A DNA stretch of 64,000 nt from Candidatus Velthaea sp. (GTDB taxonomy: Bacteria; Vulcanimicrobiota; Vulcanimicrobiia; Vulcanimicrobiales; Vulcanimicrobiaceae). Under the pieces are notes generated by a model, which was given only the letters and a program-made list of their open reading frames with translations, did not search any database and was not told the origin of the DNA. Where the stretch lies: NCBI GenBank assembly GCA_965214935.1, contig CBDCCS010000018.1, positions 256,001 to 320,000 on the forward strand, given 5' to 3'. Both the position numbers and the translations under genes were made by a program. This document shows, one piece after another, positions 1 to 9,806 of the stretch. How positions within the stretch are numbered: the first letter of the stretch is position 1; each line of letters opens with the position of its first letter.

Positions 1-773
1 TTGGCACGTTGTCCATCCGACATGCCGCCGGTATAACCGACGGCAATATCGATCGAGTTCTCAAAGAATGCTTGAACGGCGCCGTGCATCGATGTATCGT
101 TGAGCGTAACGAAGGCAATGACGAAGAACGACACCGCCGTAGATCCGATGAGGCTCAAAGCGCGACGCGCATCGCTCCATACGAGTGGCGCGATTGCAAA
201 GACAATAATAGCGCCGATGTCGATAAACGCAGTTGTCTTTATAGCGATCGCTAGGCCCGCGCAGCAACCCGCCAGCGCGAACGCCGGGTTTGCCCAGATC
301 GATTTTGGTTCGGTCGTAAGTACCGCAACGAGCGTGATGAAGACGAGCTGATAGTCCGGCTCGATGCCGATGATTCCATGCAGCGCCGGCCAAGCGAAAG
401 CGCCGGCGGCAAGCGTGTAAACGATAAGGGCAAGCGAAGGCCGGGCGCTGATCGCCGTTAGCCGAACGACGGCGATTCCGCAAGCGATCGCAACAGCCGG
501 GAGCGCGAGTTGTAGATCGGCTACGTGATATCCGGATACAATGGGGGCACCGATCCAGCCGAGCGGGCCGTACGTGTATGCAAGATCGCGACCGAACACG
601 AGATGCAGCGAAGAAGCAACCGCCAGCGTATAGCGCCAACAACCGTCGAAGCCGCTGTCGGCGTGTAATGGCGAGCGATAAGACAAGAGACTTGCGCCGA
701 TACCCGCCATCATCAACACAACCGTGCGAAGGGTCGCGCGCAGGCGCTCGGGCCGAGCCGATGAACCGTTCAC
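1..773 (-). CDS. Polytopic membrane protein, possibly GT-C-type glycosyltransferase-like (partial, runs off left edge)
   Basis: Not in the ORF track. Hand translation from GTG 773 gives ...SGFDGCWRYTLAVASSLHLVFGRDLAYTYGPLGW... followed by several hydrophobic helices, with no stop before the edge. Confidence 0.65.
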   Translation of the reverse strand, partial: MNGSSARPERLRATLRTVVLMMAGIGASLLSYRSPLHADSGFDGCWRYTLAVASSLHLVFGRDLAYTYGPLGWIGAPIVSGYHVADLQLALPAVAIACGIAVVRLTAISARPSLALIVYTLAAGAFAWPALHGIIGIEPDYQLVFITLVAVLTTEPKSIWANPAFALAGCCAGLAIAIKTTAFIDIGAIIVFAIAPLVWSDARRALSLIGSTAVSFFVIAFVTLNDTSMHGAVQAFFENSIDIAVGYTGGMSDGQRA

Positions 774-936
774 CGCATCTGGTCGTCCACTTTGCGTAGT
801 GAATCGCGAACGGAGTTTGTTGAACCTGTGTGCAGGAACTGCTGCTCGGACCTTACGCCCGGACTGCCATCACCTTACATTGCCGCAGCATCAATGTACG
901 TTGCGTACGCTTAGAGAAATGCGTCCGCGACGGAGG

Positions 937-1314
937 TCAGCGGCGGCGCAGCACGACGATGTATGTTAAGCCCGTTCCGCCGACGAGCAGCATCAAGACG
1001 ATCGTTTGCCAAAATTGGTCGTGTCCCAGCGGCGTGATGCGCGCGCCGAACATGCCGACAAGTACGTTGTTGACGACATCGGAAAGACTCGCGGAATGCG
1101 CGGCGGCGATGGCACCTTCAATCCCGATCGTCGCAACGGCAATTTTCCAGCGATGATCGGAACCGGGCGACCCGGTCGCAAGCCGTTTCTGGCGTTGTGC
1201 CGCGACTCGATCGTCGGGCGCTTTTGGGTCCTCGCCGCGAACCGTTACGATGCGCCGGCGTCCGTTCGCGCTGCGCTTGGCCGCAGCAGAGCGACGTCTG
1301 CGGGGACTCGACAA
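937..1314 (-). CDS. Hypothetical small membrane protein
   Basis: C-terminal hydrophobic helix (FWQTIVLMLLVGGTGLTYIVVL) followed by RRR. Start uncertain. Confidence 0.4.
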   Translation of the reverse strand: MSSPRRRRSAAAKRSANGRRRIVTVRGEDPKAPDDRVAAQRQKRLATGSPGSDHRWKIAVATIGIEGAIAAAHSASLSDVVNNVLVGMFGARITPLGHDQFWQTIVLMLLVGGTGLTYIVVLRRR

Positions 1315-1320
1315 GCCGCG

Positions 1321-1557
1321 TTAGCGGTGTTTGGCTACTTGCGAGGTGGCGAAGAAACCAATCGAAGCTACGAGCAGCGCGACGATCGTAAAGCCGCTAA
1401 CATAGATGCTCTTCGTCGCAAGCTCGAACCCGACGATAGCGACCGCTATCGCAAGTGCGGCAAGTGCGGCGAACAGAAGTTCGCGGCTCGTGTTAAACTT
1501 GACGGCAGTTCGCGCCATAGTTGCCGGTCGGGTCGCCTCGCGCAATGTGACGCTCAT
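1321..1557 (-). CDS. Hypothetical two-TM membrane protein
   Basis: Two hydrophobic helices. A TGGTATAAT element lies 10 nt upstream of ATG 1557. Confidence 0.6.
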   Translation of the reverse strand: MSVTLREATRPATMARTAVKFNTSRELLFAALAALAIAVAIVGFELATKSIYVSGFTIVALLVASIGFFATSQVAKHR

Positions 1558-1567
1558 CGTGTAGCCG

Positions 1568-1576
1568 ATTATACCA
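1568..1576 (-). promoter_or_regulatory. Extended -10 element (TGGTATAAT)
   Basis: Exact TGnTATAAT match on the minus strand upstream of the 1321..1557 gene. Confidence 0.55.
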
Positions 1577-1717
1577 CAAACGCAAAAGACGCCTGCGAAT
1601 GGGCTCGACCGTCCGTCTTTCATCAGCTTCGTCCGCTCGCCAACGCAAAAAAGCCTCGCACCCGAGCGGCTCGGCCGAAGCGAGGGTGACTAACCATCGT
1701 GGCGAACGCGCGGATTT

Positions 1718-2668
1718 ATGCGTATCGTCGTCACCGGCGGAGCCGGTTTTATCGGGTCGCACCTCGTCGATGCGGTCCTCGCCGCCGGGCATGACGTGCT
1801 CGTCGTCGACAGCTTGTGGTCGCACGGCGGCGGGCGGCGCGAGAACGTCCCGGCGGCTGCCGAGTTCGTCGAAATGGACATACGCGATCCCGGCTTGACC
1901 GCAGTCTTCGAGCGATTCAAACCCGATGTCATTTCGCATCATGCCGCGCAGCACAGCGTTGCAATCGGTGCCCGGGATCCGAAGTACGACGCCGACGTCA
2001 ACGTGCTCGGGACGCTCAACGTGCTCGAGGCGGGCGTTAAAGCCGGCGTTCGCAAGGTACTGTTTGCATCGAGTGCTGCGACCTACGGCGACCTCGACCG
2101 AATGCCGGCCGACGAAAACTCAGCGCAGCTGCCGATCTCACCGTACGGTATCACAAAAATGATTACCGAGCATTACCTACGCTTCTATAAGCTGCAACAC
2201 GGTGTCGATTACACGGCTCTGCGCTACGGTAACGTCTTTGGTCCGCGCCAAGATCCCAATGGTGAGGCCGGCGTCATTGCGATTTTTGCTGCGCGGTTCT
2301 TACGCCGCGAAGGCGTGCGCATCGACTCCGACGGCGAGCAAACGCGAGATTACGTTTTCGTCGCCGACGTCGTGCGCGCAAATGTCGCGGCGCTCACGAA
2401 GGGTTCCGGCGAAATTTTTGTGATCGGCGCCGGGCGGACGACGTCGGTCAATCAAATCTATCATGCGCTCGTGAAGGCAACCGGCTTCGAGGCTCCGATC
2501 ATGCACGCACCGCGCCGCGACGGCGACGCGCGCGAGATTTATTTCAATCCGGCGAAAGCCGAGCGCGAGCTAGGTTGGAAGGCCGAAGTGTCGCTGCTCG
2601 ACGGCATGCAGGCAACGGTCGATTTCTTCCGCAGTCAGGCTACCGCAGTCCAGCCAGCTGCATCGTAA
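1718..2668 (+). CDS. NAD-dependent epimerase/dehydratase (UDP-glucose 4-epimerase-like)
   Basis: TGGAGFIG Rossmann motif, SSAATYG, YxxxK (YGITK), LRYGNVFGPRQ. Confidence 0.92.
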   Translation: MRIVVTGGAGFIGSHLVDAVLAAGHDVLVVDSLWSHGGGRRENVPAAAEFVEMDIRDPGLTAVFERFKPDVISHHAAQHSVAIGARDPKYDADVNVLGTLNVLEAGVKAGVRKVLFASSAATYGDLDRMPADENSAQLPISPYGITKMITEHYLRFYKLQHGVDYTALRYGNVFGPRQDPNGEAGVIAIFAARFLRREGVRIDSDGEQTRDYVFVADVVRANVAALTKGSGEIFVIGAGRTTSVNQIYHALVKATGFEAPIMHAPRRDGDAREIYFNPAKAERELGWKAEVSLLDGMQATVDFFRSQATAVQPAAS

Positions 2669-2669
2669 A

Positions 2670-2696
2670 ACAAGCTGAGCCGACGGCTCAGCTTGT
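2670..2696. terminator. Perfect inverted repeat, hairpin downstream of the epimerase
   Basis: acaagctgagccg-a-cggctcagcttgt directly after the stop. No long U-tract on the plus strand. Confidence 0.55.
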
Positions 2697-2828
2697 CAGG
2701 TCAAGTCGCCGAATAGTCTAACGTGCGAGATCTCGCGTTGAACGCTCAATGGTCGGACCGGGTTTTTTGGTCGCGACCTCAAGCCACGAACGAAGCATGC
2801 GCCGCGCCGTAAGATCGGGGTCGCGCCG

Positions 2829-5183
2829 GTGATCGACGGCGTTTTACCCGGCGTCTTAACGGCCGCTTCACGTGCACTTTTGCTCGAATCGGTCGTCGTT
2901 CATGCCAATGACGCCGTCGTCATAACCCAAGCCGAGCCGATCGGGCTGCCCGGTCCGCGCATCATTTACGCCAACCCGGCGTTTACGCGCATGACGGGAT
3001 ACACCAGCGCTGAGGTGGTCGGCAAGTCACCACGAATTTTGCAAGGCCCCGAGACGAGCGCTTACTCACGCGCCCGTATCCGCGAGGCGCTGACGGCGTG
3101 GCGGCCGATCGTCATCGAGATGTTCAATTATCGTCGGGACGGCCAGCCGTTTTGGGTCGAATTGAGTATCACTCCGGTTGCCGATGAAACCGGTTATTTC
3201 ACGCATTGGATTTCCGTACAGCGGGACATCACGGAACGCCGCAACGCTGAAGAAGCGGCGACACGCGGTCGAATAGCGGCCGAAAAGCGCATCGCACTGT
3301 TAGCGGAAATCGAACAACGCGAACGGGTCGAAGCGCGCTTAGCGTATTCCGTGGTGCACGATGACCTTACCGGCCTCTACAATCGCTCGCACTTCATCGA
3401 ACGCATCAGCGCGGCCGTAGAACGAACGCATAACGAAAAAGCCGCCTACAGCGTCATCCATCTCGATCTCAACCGGTTCCGCTACGTAAACGATCGGCTC
3501 GGCTATCGCATCGGCGACCGGGTGTTGCGCGATCTCGCCAAACGGGTGCACTTCTTTGCAAGTGCCTCGACGACCGTTGCACGGATCGGCGGTGCGAATT
3601 TCGGCTTGCTCATCGAACACTCCGGAGACACTGCGGATGTGCTGCGCGTCGCCGAAACGTTGCTGCTGGAAATTTCCGCCCGTCCGCCCGTCGATGCGGA
3701 CGACGTCGTTGTTGCCGCAAGCATCGGTATCGTCCATTTGGCTACGGACTATTGGGATGCCGAAGCGGTTTTGCGCGACTCCGATACGGCATTGGTGCGA
3801 GCGCGACAGATTGCCGGCAACGCGTTTGTCGTCTTCACCGGTGAAATGCGCGACGAAGCCGACGTGGCGCTGCACATTCGCAACGACCTGTACGGAGCGG
3901 TCGCGCGAAACGAACTGCGCTTGTATTATCAACCCCTCGTCGACATCGCGCTCAATCGCGTCTACGGTTTTGAAGCTCTGGTTCGATGGCAGCATCCGAC
4001 CCGCGGTCTTGTCTCTCCGGCCGACTTCATCCCGATCGCCGAAGCGACCGGACTCATCATCGAGATCGGACGCTGGGTGCTTTTTGAAAGCTGCCGCATG
4101 GCGCGCGAACTTCAGAGGTGTGGCGCCGGGCCGATCCTCATGAGCATCAACGTTTCGTGTCAGCAATTGCTGCATTCAAATTTCGTTGCCGATTTGCAAG
4201 CCGCAATCGATGCGGCGGACGTCGATCCGGGTGTCCTTCAGCTCGAGATAACCGAGAGTGTTTTTCTCGCCGGCGCCGGGGTCGTCGGTACGCTCTTTAC
4301 GCATATTCGCGCACAGGGCGTACGCATCGCCTTAGACGATTTCGGCACCGGTTACTCGTCGCTCAGCTATCTTGAATCGTTTCAGATCGATACGCTCAAA
4401 ATCGATCAATCGTTCGTCGGGCGCATGGACGATATATCGACGAATTCCGAAATCGTTCGGATGATCATCGGTTTGGCGCATGCGCTGGGCGTCGACGTCG
4501 TAGCCGAGGGCGTCGAGACACGCGCGCAGCGCACGGCGCTTGGGCGGCTCGGCTGCACGCATCTGCAAGGTTATCTTTATAGCCGCCCGTTACCACCGGC
4601 GCATGCTTTGGAGTTGTTGGCCGACGAGAACGTAGCTGCAAGTAAGATCGGCGTGCTGTTGCACGAGGCAATCGACGAACCGGCTCCGGCACCGTTGTCG
4701 CCCTTCCAGCGTGAGGAATTACGCCTTCAAGTGCAGACGGCATTCGACACGCACCGTTCGTGGATGGAACGCTTGCATACCGCGGTTTCGACCGGTCATT
4801 CCGCATTCGATCTCGATCACGTCGCGCGCGAGGACCTGTGTCCGATCGGCATCTGGCTCAATACGACGATTTCGGAAAAATTGCGCCGAATGCCGCTTTA
4901 TTATGTGACCAAAGCACGCCATGCCGTCTTCCATCGCAGCATGGCGCGCTTGCTCGCGGCCGTGAATGCCGGTCAGGCGACGGCGACAACGGCGTTACGT
5001 CGCGACGGAAACATGGCGATGGCCGCAGCTTCGCTCGTCCGCACGCTTCATGATTGGCTCGCAATTGCCGAAGTCGTCGTTCCGCTAGAACGCCCGGCCG
5101 CCGGCGAGATCGAGCCGAGCCGGCACGAGCGTCTCGCCGAGGCGTACCTGATGGCATTTCAACCTCAAGAGCAGTCGGCTTAA
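2829..5183 (+). CDS. PAS - degenerate GGDEF - EAL - CZB c-di-GMP phosphodiesterase
   Basis: PAS (IIYANPAFTRMTGY...FWVELSITPV), GGANF in place of GGDEF, intact FEALVRW and DDFGTGYSSL, C-terminal H..W / C.IGIWL / H..FH CZB pattern. Confidence 0.88.
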   Translation: MIDGVLPGVLTAASRALLLESVVVHANDAVVITQAEPIGLPGPRIIYANPAFTRMTGYTSAEVVGKSPRILQGPETSAYSRARIREALTAWRPIVIEMFNYRRDGQPFWVELSITPVADETGYFTHWISVQRDITERRNAEEAATRGRIAAEKRIALLAEIEQRERVEARLAYSVVHDDLTGLYNRSHFIERISAAVERTHNEKAAYSVIHLDLNRFRYVNDRLGYRIGDRVLRDLAKRVHFFASASTTVARIGGANFGLLIEHSGDTADVLRVAETLLLEISARPPVDADDVVVAASIGIVHLATDYWDAEAVLRDSDTALVRARQIAGNAFVVFTGEMRDEADVALHIRNDLYGAVARNELRLYYQPLVDIALNRVYGFEALVRWQHPTRGLVSPADFIPIAEATGLIIEIGRWVLFESCRMARELQRCGAGPILMSINVSCQQLLHSNFVADLQAAIDAADVDPGVLQLEITESVFLAGAGVVGTLFTHIRAQGVRIALDDFGTGYSSLSYLESFQIDTLKIDQSFVGRMDDISTNSEIVRMIIGLAHALGVDVVAEGVETRAQRTALGRLGCTHLQGYLYSRPLPPAHALELLADENVAASKIGVLLHEAIDEPAPAPLSPFQREELRLQVQTAFDTHRSWMERLHTAVSTGHSAFDLDHVAREDLCPIGIWLNTTISEKLRRMPLYYVTKARHAVFHRSMARLLAAVNAGQATATTALRRDGNMAMAAASLVRTLHDWLAIAEVVVPLERPAAGEIEPSRHERLAEAYLMAFQPQEQSA

Positions 5184-5213
5184 AATGCCGGCGATCGGCG
5201 GATACCGCGTTTC

Positions 5214-7244
5214 ATGAACGCACGGGTTGACCACATCGAGCGCAAAGCGGGACTCGTAACGGCATTGCAGCAGCATGCGCGTTTTTTGAGCCTGCTGGCA
5301 TCGTCGGGTTTTGCGGTAGTTTTTATCGCCTTGATCGTTTCTGCTTTTTGGGCGGCCGGGACGATCGAGCGCGCGACCGAGCGTGCGGAGACGGCCGGCG
5401 CCATGAGCGAAGCGTATGCCAAGCTCACCCGCGAGCTGTGGTCGGAGAGCGCGCTCGTTCGCGATCACGGAACGGATGCGTCCGGATCGGGCATGTACGA
5501 ACTTCGTGCGATCGCCATTGCATTGGAAGCAACGGCTGCGACGATCGCCGCGAACGCCATGCCCGACGATCGGGTTTTGGTACGCAACGTGCTGGCGGAT
5601 CACGACCGCTACGTCGATTCGCTCATGACGCTTTTTTCATCGATCGACAATGAAGAGTCGGCGCCTTTGCAGCTCGTGAAGCGCCGGCGCTCCGGCGAAT
5701 TGTTTGCCGCAATCCAAGCGCGGATCGATGCGCGCGATCTCAAGTACCGGGAGCTTGCACGCCAGGCAATCGTCGATTTGCGAACCGCTGAAACGAGCGC
5801 AGCGCGCACGATCGTTTTGGTGTCGATTATCGGCGTGCTCGAATTGTTCGGCTGTTCGTTGTTTGTCGGGGCGTCGCGGCGCAAAGCGGAGCAGGCAAAA
5901 TCGCGTCAGCTCGTCGTTCTCGAGCGAACATCACGCACCGACAATCTTACGGGTCTCGGCAATCATCGCGCGTATCAGGAAACCCTCGAGCGCCTGTTGC
6001 AAGCGGCGCAGACGCAAGGCCGTTGCGTATCGCTCGTCCTCATCGACGTCGATAACTTTAAGATCGTGAACGACCGCATGGGTCACGTGCACGGCGATCG
6101 CGTGCTCGCGGCGCTCGGTGCATGGCTGCGCGAATTCGGCTGTGGTGAACTCGGTTTCCGTTTAGGCGGCGACGAGTTTGCGGTGATCTTTCCGGCCGGC
6201 GACGGAGTTGCGGCGGCCGCGCGCTTCGAGCGCATGCAGTCGGCTGCGGCCCGGCGTATGTACGGCGTTACCGTGAGCATGGGCATCGGTTGCAACGCCG
6301 GCGATGCGACGCTGAGCGCAACCTTGCTGCGGGCACGCGCCGACGCGGCACTCTACGCCGCGAAGGCCGCCGGCCGTAACCGTCTCGTCACCTATGACCC
6401 CGCGATGCACGAAGCTTCGGTCGTTACGCCGCAGAAGATCGCGGCGGTTCACGCGCTCATTAGCGATGCGGCGCTGGACATTTCGTTTCAGCCGATTTGG
6501 GATTTAGCGACGAGCCGGCCGTTCGGCTACGAAGCACTTTCGCGGCCGCGCAGCGAGTCGGGCTTGAGCGGACCCGATGAAGCTTTCAGCATTGCCGAAT
6601 CGCTCGGGCGCGCGCACGAACTCGACGCGGTCTGCGTCCGGCTCATCATCGCGGCGGCGGCGTCGCTGCCGCCGTCGGCATTACTGTTTCTCAACATTGC
6701 GCCCAAATCGTTTCATGCCCAATGGATCGCGGGGACGGCGTTCGCGGACACCGTGCGCGACGCCGGCTTGGCGCCCGAACGCATCGTGCTCGAACTACCC
6801 GAGCGCGCGATGCCGCGAATGGACGGCGTGCTGTGCGAGGCGAAGCGCCTGCAGTCGCTCGGCTTCAAACTTGCGCTCGACAATACGGGTTCCGGAAACG
6901 CCGCGCTCGAGATCCTGCAACAAATTCGATTCGATTACATCAAAATCGATCGCCGAACGATGGTTCAAGCCGTGGACGACCCGACGCGAGCCGCAATCGT
7001 GAAAGCGATCGTGTTGATCGCCCAAGCGATGAATGCGTACGTGATCGCCGAGGGAATCGATACCAGCGGACTACTCGAGTATGCAACCTCGGACGCCGTG
7101 CAATTATTACAAAGCGGCATTGCCGTTTCGGGCGTGCAGGGTTATCTCTTCATGCACCCGGCGCCGGCCCCGTGGGTAGATCTCGAACGGCTTCCGCAGC
7201 TGTTGCAGCAAGGCGAAGACCTGCATGCACCGGTCGCAAGTTAA
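5214..7244 (+). CDS. Membrane-bound diguanylate cyclase with degenerate EAL domain
   Basis: Two TM helices flank an extracytoplasmic helical region. DNLTGLGN, DVDNFK and RLGGDEF are intact. The EAL domain has LDNTGSG in place of DDFGTG. Confidence 0.87.
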   Translation: MNARVDHIERKAGLVTALQQHARFLSLLASSGFAVVFIALIVSAFWAAGTIERATERAETAGAMSEAYAKLTRELWSESALVRDHGTDASGSGMYELRAIAIALEATAATIAANAMPDDRVLVRNVLADHDRYVDSLMTLFSSIDNEESAPLQLVKRRRSGELFAAIQARIDARDLKYRELARQAIVDLRTAETSAARTIVLVSIIGVLELFGCSLFVGASRRKAEQAKSRQLVVLERTSRTDNLTGLGNHRAYQETLERLLQAAQTQGRCVSLVLIDVDNFKIVNDRMGHVHGDRVLAALGAWLREFGCGELGFRLGGDEFAVIFPAGDGVAAAARFERMQSAAARRMYGVTVSMGIGCNAGDATLSATLLRARADAALYAAKAAGRNRLVTYDPAMHEASVVTPQKIAAVHALISDAALDISFQPIWDLATSRPFGYEALSRPRSESGLSGPDEAFSIAESLGRAHELDAVCVRLIIAAAASLPPSALLFLNIAPKSFHAQWIAGTAFADTVRDAGLAPERIVLELPERAMPRMDGVLCEAKRLQSLGFKLALDNTGSGNAALEILQQIRFDYIKIDRRTMVQAVDDPTRAAIVKAIVLIAQAMNAYVIAEGIDTSGLLEYATSDAVQLLQSGIAVSGVQGYLFMHPAPAPWVDLERLPQLLQQGEDLHAPVAS

Positions 7245-9733
7245 TTTGCAACGATGTTGAGCAACTTGCCCGGCACGAAGATACGTTTACGAATGGTTTT
7301 GCCGGCAAGTTGCGCGGCCACCGGCGGCTCGGCACTTGCCAGGGCGAAGGCCGCCGTTTCGCCGATATCGGGCGTCGTCTCGACCCGAGCGCGCACTTTA
7401 CCATTGACTTGAACGACCAGGGTGATCGTCGAAACGGCCAGCGCAGCGGGATCGGCATCGAGCCAGCGCTCGAGATGCACCGAGCGCTTGTGACCCAATC
7501 TAGCCCAGAGTTCGTCCGCCAGATGCGGAGCAAACGGCGCTAGCAGTATCGGTAGAACGGCAATGCAATACAGAACCGCCGGGTCTCGCGCACCGGCCGC
7601 ATCGCGCGTTGCAACGGTCAACAAATTCACGAGCTCGTCTAAACGCGCGGTCGTCGTATTGAAGTGAAAACGCTTGGTCTGCATCTCGTCGCTGCCGGAT
7701 TTGAGTGCAACGTGCACGGCACGCACGAGTTGACGCTGCGCATCGCCGTGCATCTCAGGCAGCGTTCGCGTCGACACGGCGCCGGCGGCAGCCGTCAACG
7801 GTTCACATGCACGCCAGACCCGCGCGATGAATCGCACCCGTCCGACGATTCCTTCGTCGGTCCATTCCAGGGAGTCTTCGGGCGGAGCAGCTTTGAGCAA
7901 AAACAAGCGCATCGCATCGACGCCGTACGTGTCGACGGTCTCATCGATGCCGACCACGTTTCCGCGGCTCTTCGACATTTTCTCACCGTTGCGCAGCAAG
8001 GTGCCCTGATTGAACAGTCGCGTGAACGGCTCGTCGTCGCCGCTTAGATAGCCTTGATCGATCATGAACTTATAGAAGAATCGGGCATACAACAGGTGCA
8101 TCACCGCGTGCTCGGCTCCGCCGATATATTGATCGACTGGAAGCCACGCCGAGACTTTGTCGCTCGCGAACGGTTGCTGCGTATTATGCGGATCGAGATA
8201 GCGCACGTAATACCACGAAGAATCGAAAAACGTATCCATCGTATCGACATCGCGCTTCGCCGGACCGCCGCATGTGGGACACGTGGTATTTACGAAATCG
8301 GGATCGCGCGCAAGCGGCGAACCTTGGCCGGTGATTTCCACTTCGGGCGGCAGCACGACGGGCAGCGCATTATCGGGAACCATGACTTCACCGTCGAGCG
8401 GACAGTAAATCATGGGAATCGGCGTCCCCCAATAGCGTTGACGCGAAATCAACCAGTCGCGGAAGCGGAAATTCACCGTCGTCGTGCCCAGGCCGGCGCG
8501 TTCGAGTTTGCTTGCGATTGAATGCCGTGCATTTTCGGACGTCATGCCGGAAAACTCGGCGCTTGCAATGAGTGTACCGTCGTCGACGAAGGCTGCGCTC
8601 AGCGGTTCGTCGACCGTTTGGCCGTGAGCGGCTACCACCTGGGCAACGGGCAAACCATGCTTGTGGGCGAATTCAAAGTCGCGTTCGTCATGCGCCGGAA
8701 CGCCCATGACGGCACCGGTGCCGTAGTCCGCGAGTACGTAGTTTGTGATCCAAATTGGGACTTTCTCACGCGAGAGCGGATTAATGGCATATGCGCCCGA
8801 GAAAATTCCGGTCTTGACCATGAGCTGCGTGCGTTCAAGTTCGGACTTCGTGAATAAGTCCGCGGCGAACGCTTCGATCTGCGAGCGGCGCTCCGGTCGT
8901 GCGTCGAGCAGCGCCGGAACGAGCGGATGTTCGGCGGCCAGCGCGACGAACGTTACGCCGTAGATCGTATCGACGCGCGTCGTATAGACGTCGATCTTCG
9001 CTTCGAGATGTTCGACGTCGAATGAAAAGGTAACGCCTTCGCTGCGTCCGATCCAATTGCGCTGCATCGTTTTAATGCGCGCGGGCCAACCGTCGAGCCG
9101 TTCGATCCCGGTCAGTAACCGATCAGCGTAGGCCGTTATTTTCAAGAACCACTGCGAAAGATTTCGCCGTTCGACGATACTGCCGCAGCGCCAGCAGGCG
9201 CCGTCGACGACCTGTTCGTTGGCGAGAACGGTTTGATCGACCGGACACCAGTTGACCGGTGCTTCCCGTTTATAGGCCAGGCCGCGCTCGTACATTCGTA
9301 GGAAGAACCACTGATTCCAGCGGTAGTACTCGGGATCGCACGTTGCGAATTCGCGCGACCAATCGTAACCCGTGCCCATGAGCCGGATCTGGCGCTGCAT
9401 GTTTGCAATGTTGGATCGCGTCCAGGTTTGCGGCGCGATGTGCCGAGCGATTGCCGCGTTTTCAGCCGGTAAGCCGAACGCGTCCCAGCCCATCGGATGG
9501 ACGACATTGTAGCCGCGCATGCGCATCATGCGTGCTACCGCATCGCCCAGCGTGTAATTCTTAGCATGTCCGACGTGCAGATCGCCCGAGGGATAGGGCA
9601 GCATCTCGAGCACGTAATACTTGGGCCGCGGGTCGGCATCGTCGGCCCGGTAGATGCCGTCGATCTCCCAGCGATCCTGCCAGCGCCGCTCGGCGGAATG
9701 GAAATCGTATGGCGTCGAGCGCTCGTCGGACAT
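7241..9733 (-). CDS. leuS: Leucine--tRNA ligase
   Basis: PYPSGDLHVGH (HIGH), GWDAFGLPAENAA, KMSKS, GTGAVMGVPAHD. Start placed at MSDERSTPYDF. Confidence 0.98.
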   Translation of the reverse strand: MSDERSTPYDFHSAERRWQDRWEIDGIYRADDADPRPKYYVLEMLPYPSGDLHVGHAKNYTLGDAVARMMRMRGYNVVHPMGWDAFGLPAENAAIARHIAPQTWTRSNIANMQRQIRLMGTGYDWSREFATCDPEYYRWNQWFFLRMYERGLAYKREAPVNWCPVDQTVLANEQVVDGACWRCGSIVERRNLSQWFLKITAYADRLLTGIERLDGWPARIKTMQRNWIGRSEGVTFSFDVEHLEAKIDVYTTRVDTIYGVTFVALAAEHPLVPALLDARPERRSQIEAFAADLFTKSELERTQLMVKTGIFSGAYAINPLSREKVPIWITNYVLADYGTGAVMGVPAHDERDFEFAHKHGLPVAQVVAAHGQTVDEPLSAAFVDDGTLIASAEFSGMTSENARHSIASKLERAGLGTTTVNFRFRDWLISRQRYWGTPIPMIYCPLDGEVMVPDNALPVVLPPEVEITGQGSPLARDPDFVNTTCPTCGGPAKRDVDTMDTFFDSSWYYVRYLDPHNTQQPFASDKVSAWLPVDQYIGGAEHAVMHLLYARFFYKFMIDQGYLSGDDEPFTRLFNQGTLLRNGEKMSKSRGNVVGIDETVDTYGVDAMRLFLLKAAPPEDSLEWTDEGIVGRVRFIARVWRACEPLTAAAGAVSTRTLPEMHGDAQRQLVRAVHVALKSGSDEMQTKRFHFNTTTARLDELVNLLTVATRDAAGARDPAVLYCIAVLPILLAPFAPHLADELWARLGHKRSVHLERWLDADPAALAVSTITLVVQVNGKVRARVETTPDIGETAAFALASAEPPVAAQLAGKTIRKRIFVPGKLLNIVAN

Positions 9734-9806
9734 CCCGTGTCTTACCGTGTGCAAATCGTCCGAACCCCTTCGTTGCCGGAGCGCTGCAAGGCGTGATCGC
9801 GCAGCG

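Noticed and set aside
1006..1689. 227-aa plus-strand ORF
   Set aside because: No motifs. Likely the antisense shadow of two minus-strand membrane ORFs.
2880..3240. PAS domain as a LOV blue-light sensor
   Set aside because: Reads GKSPRILQG and lacks the Cys of GRNCRFLQ. The PAS near 31760 (GRTPAMLLQG) also lacks it.
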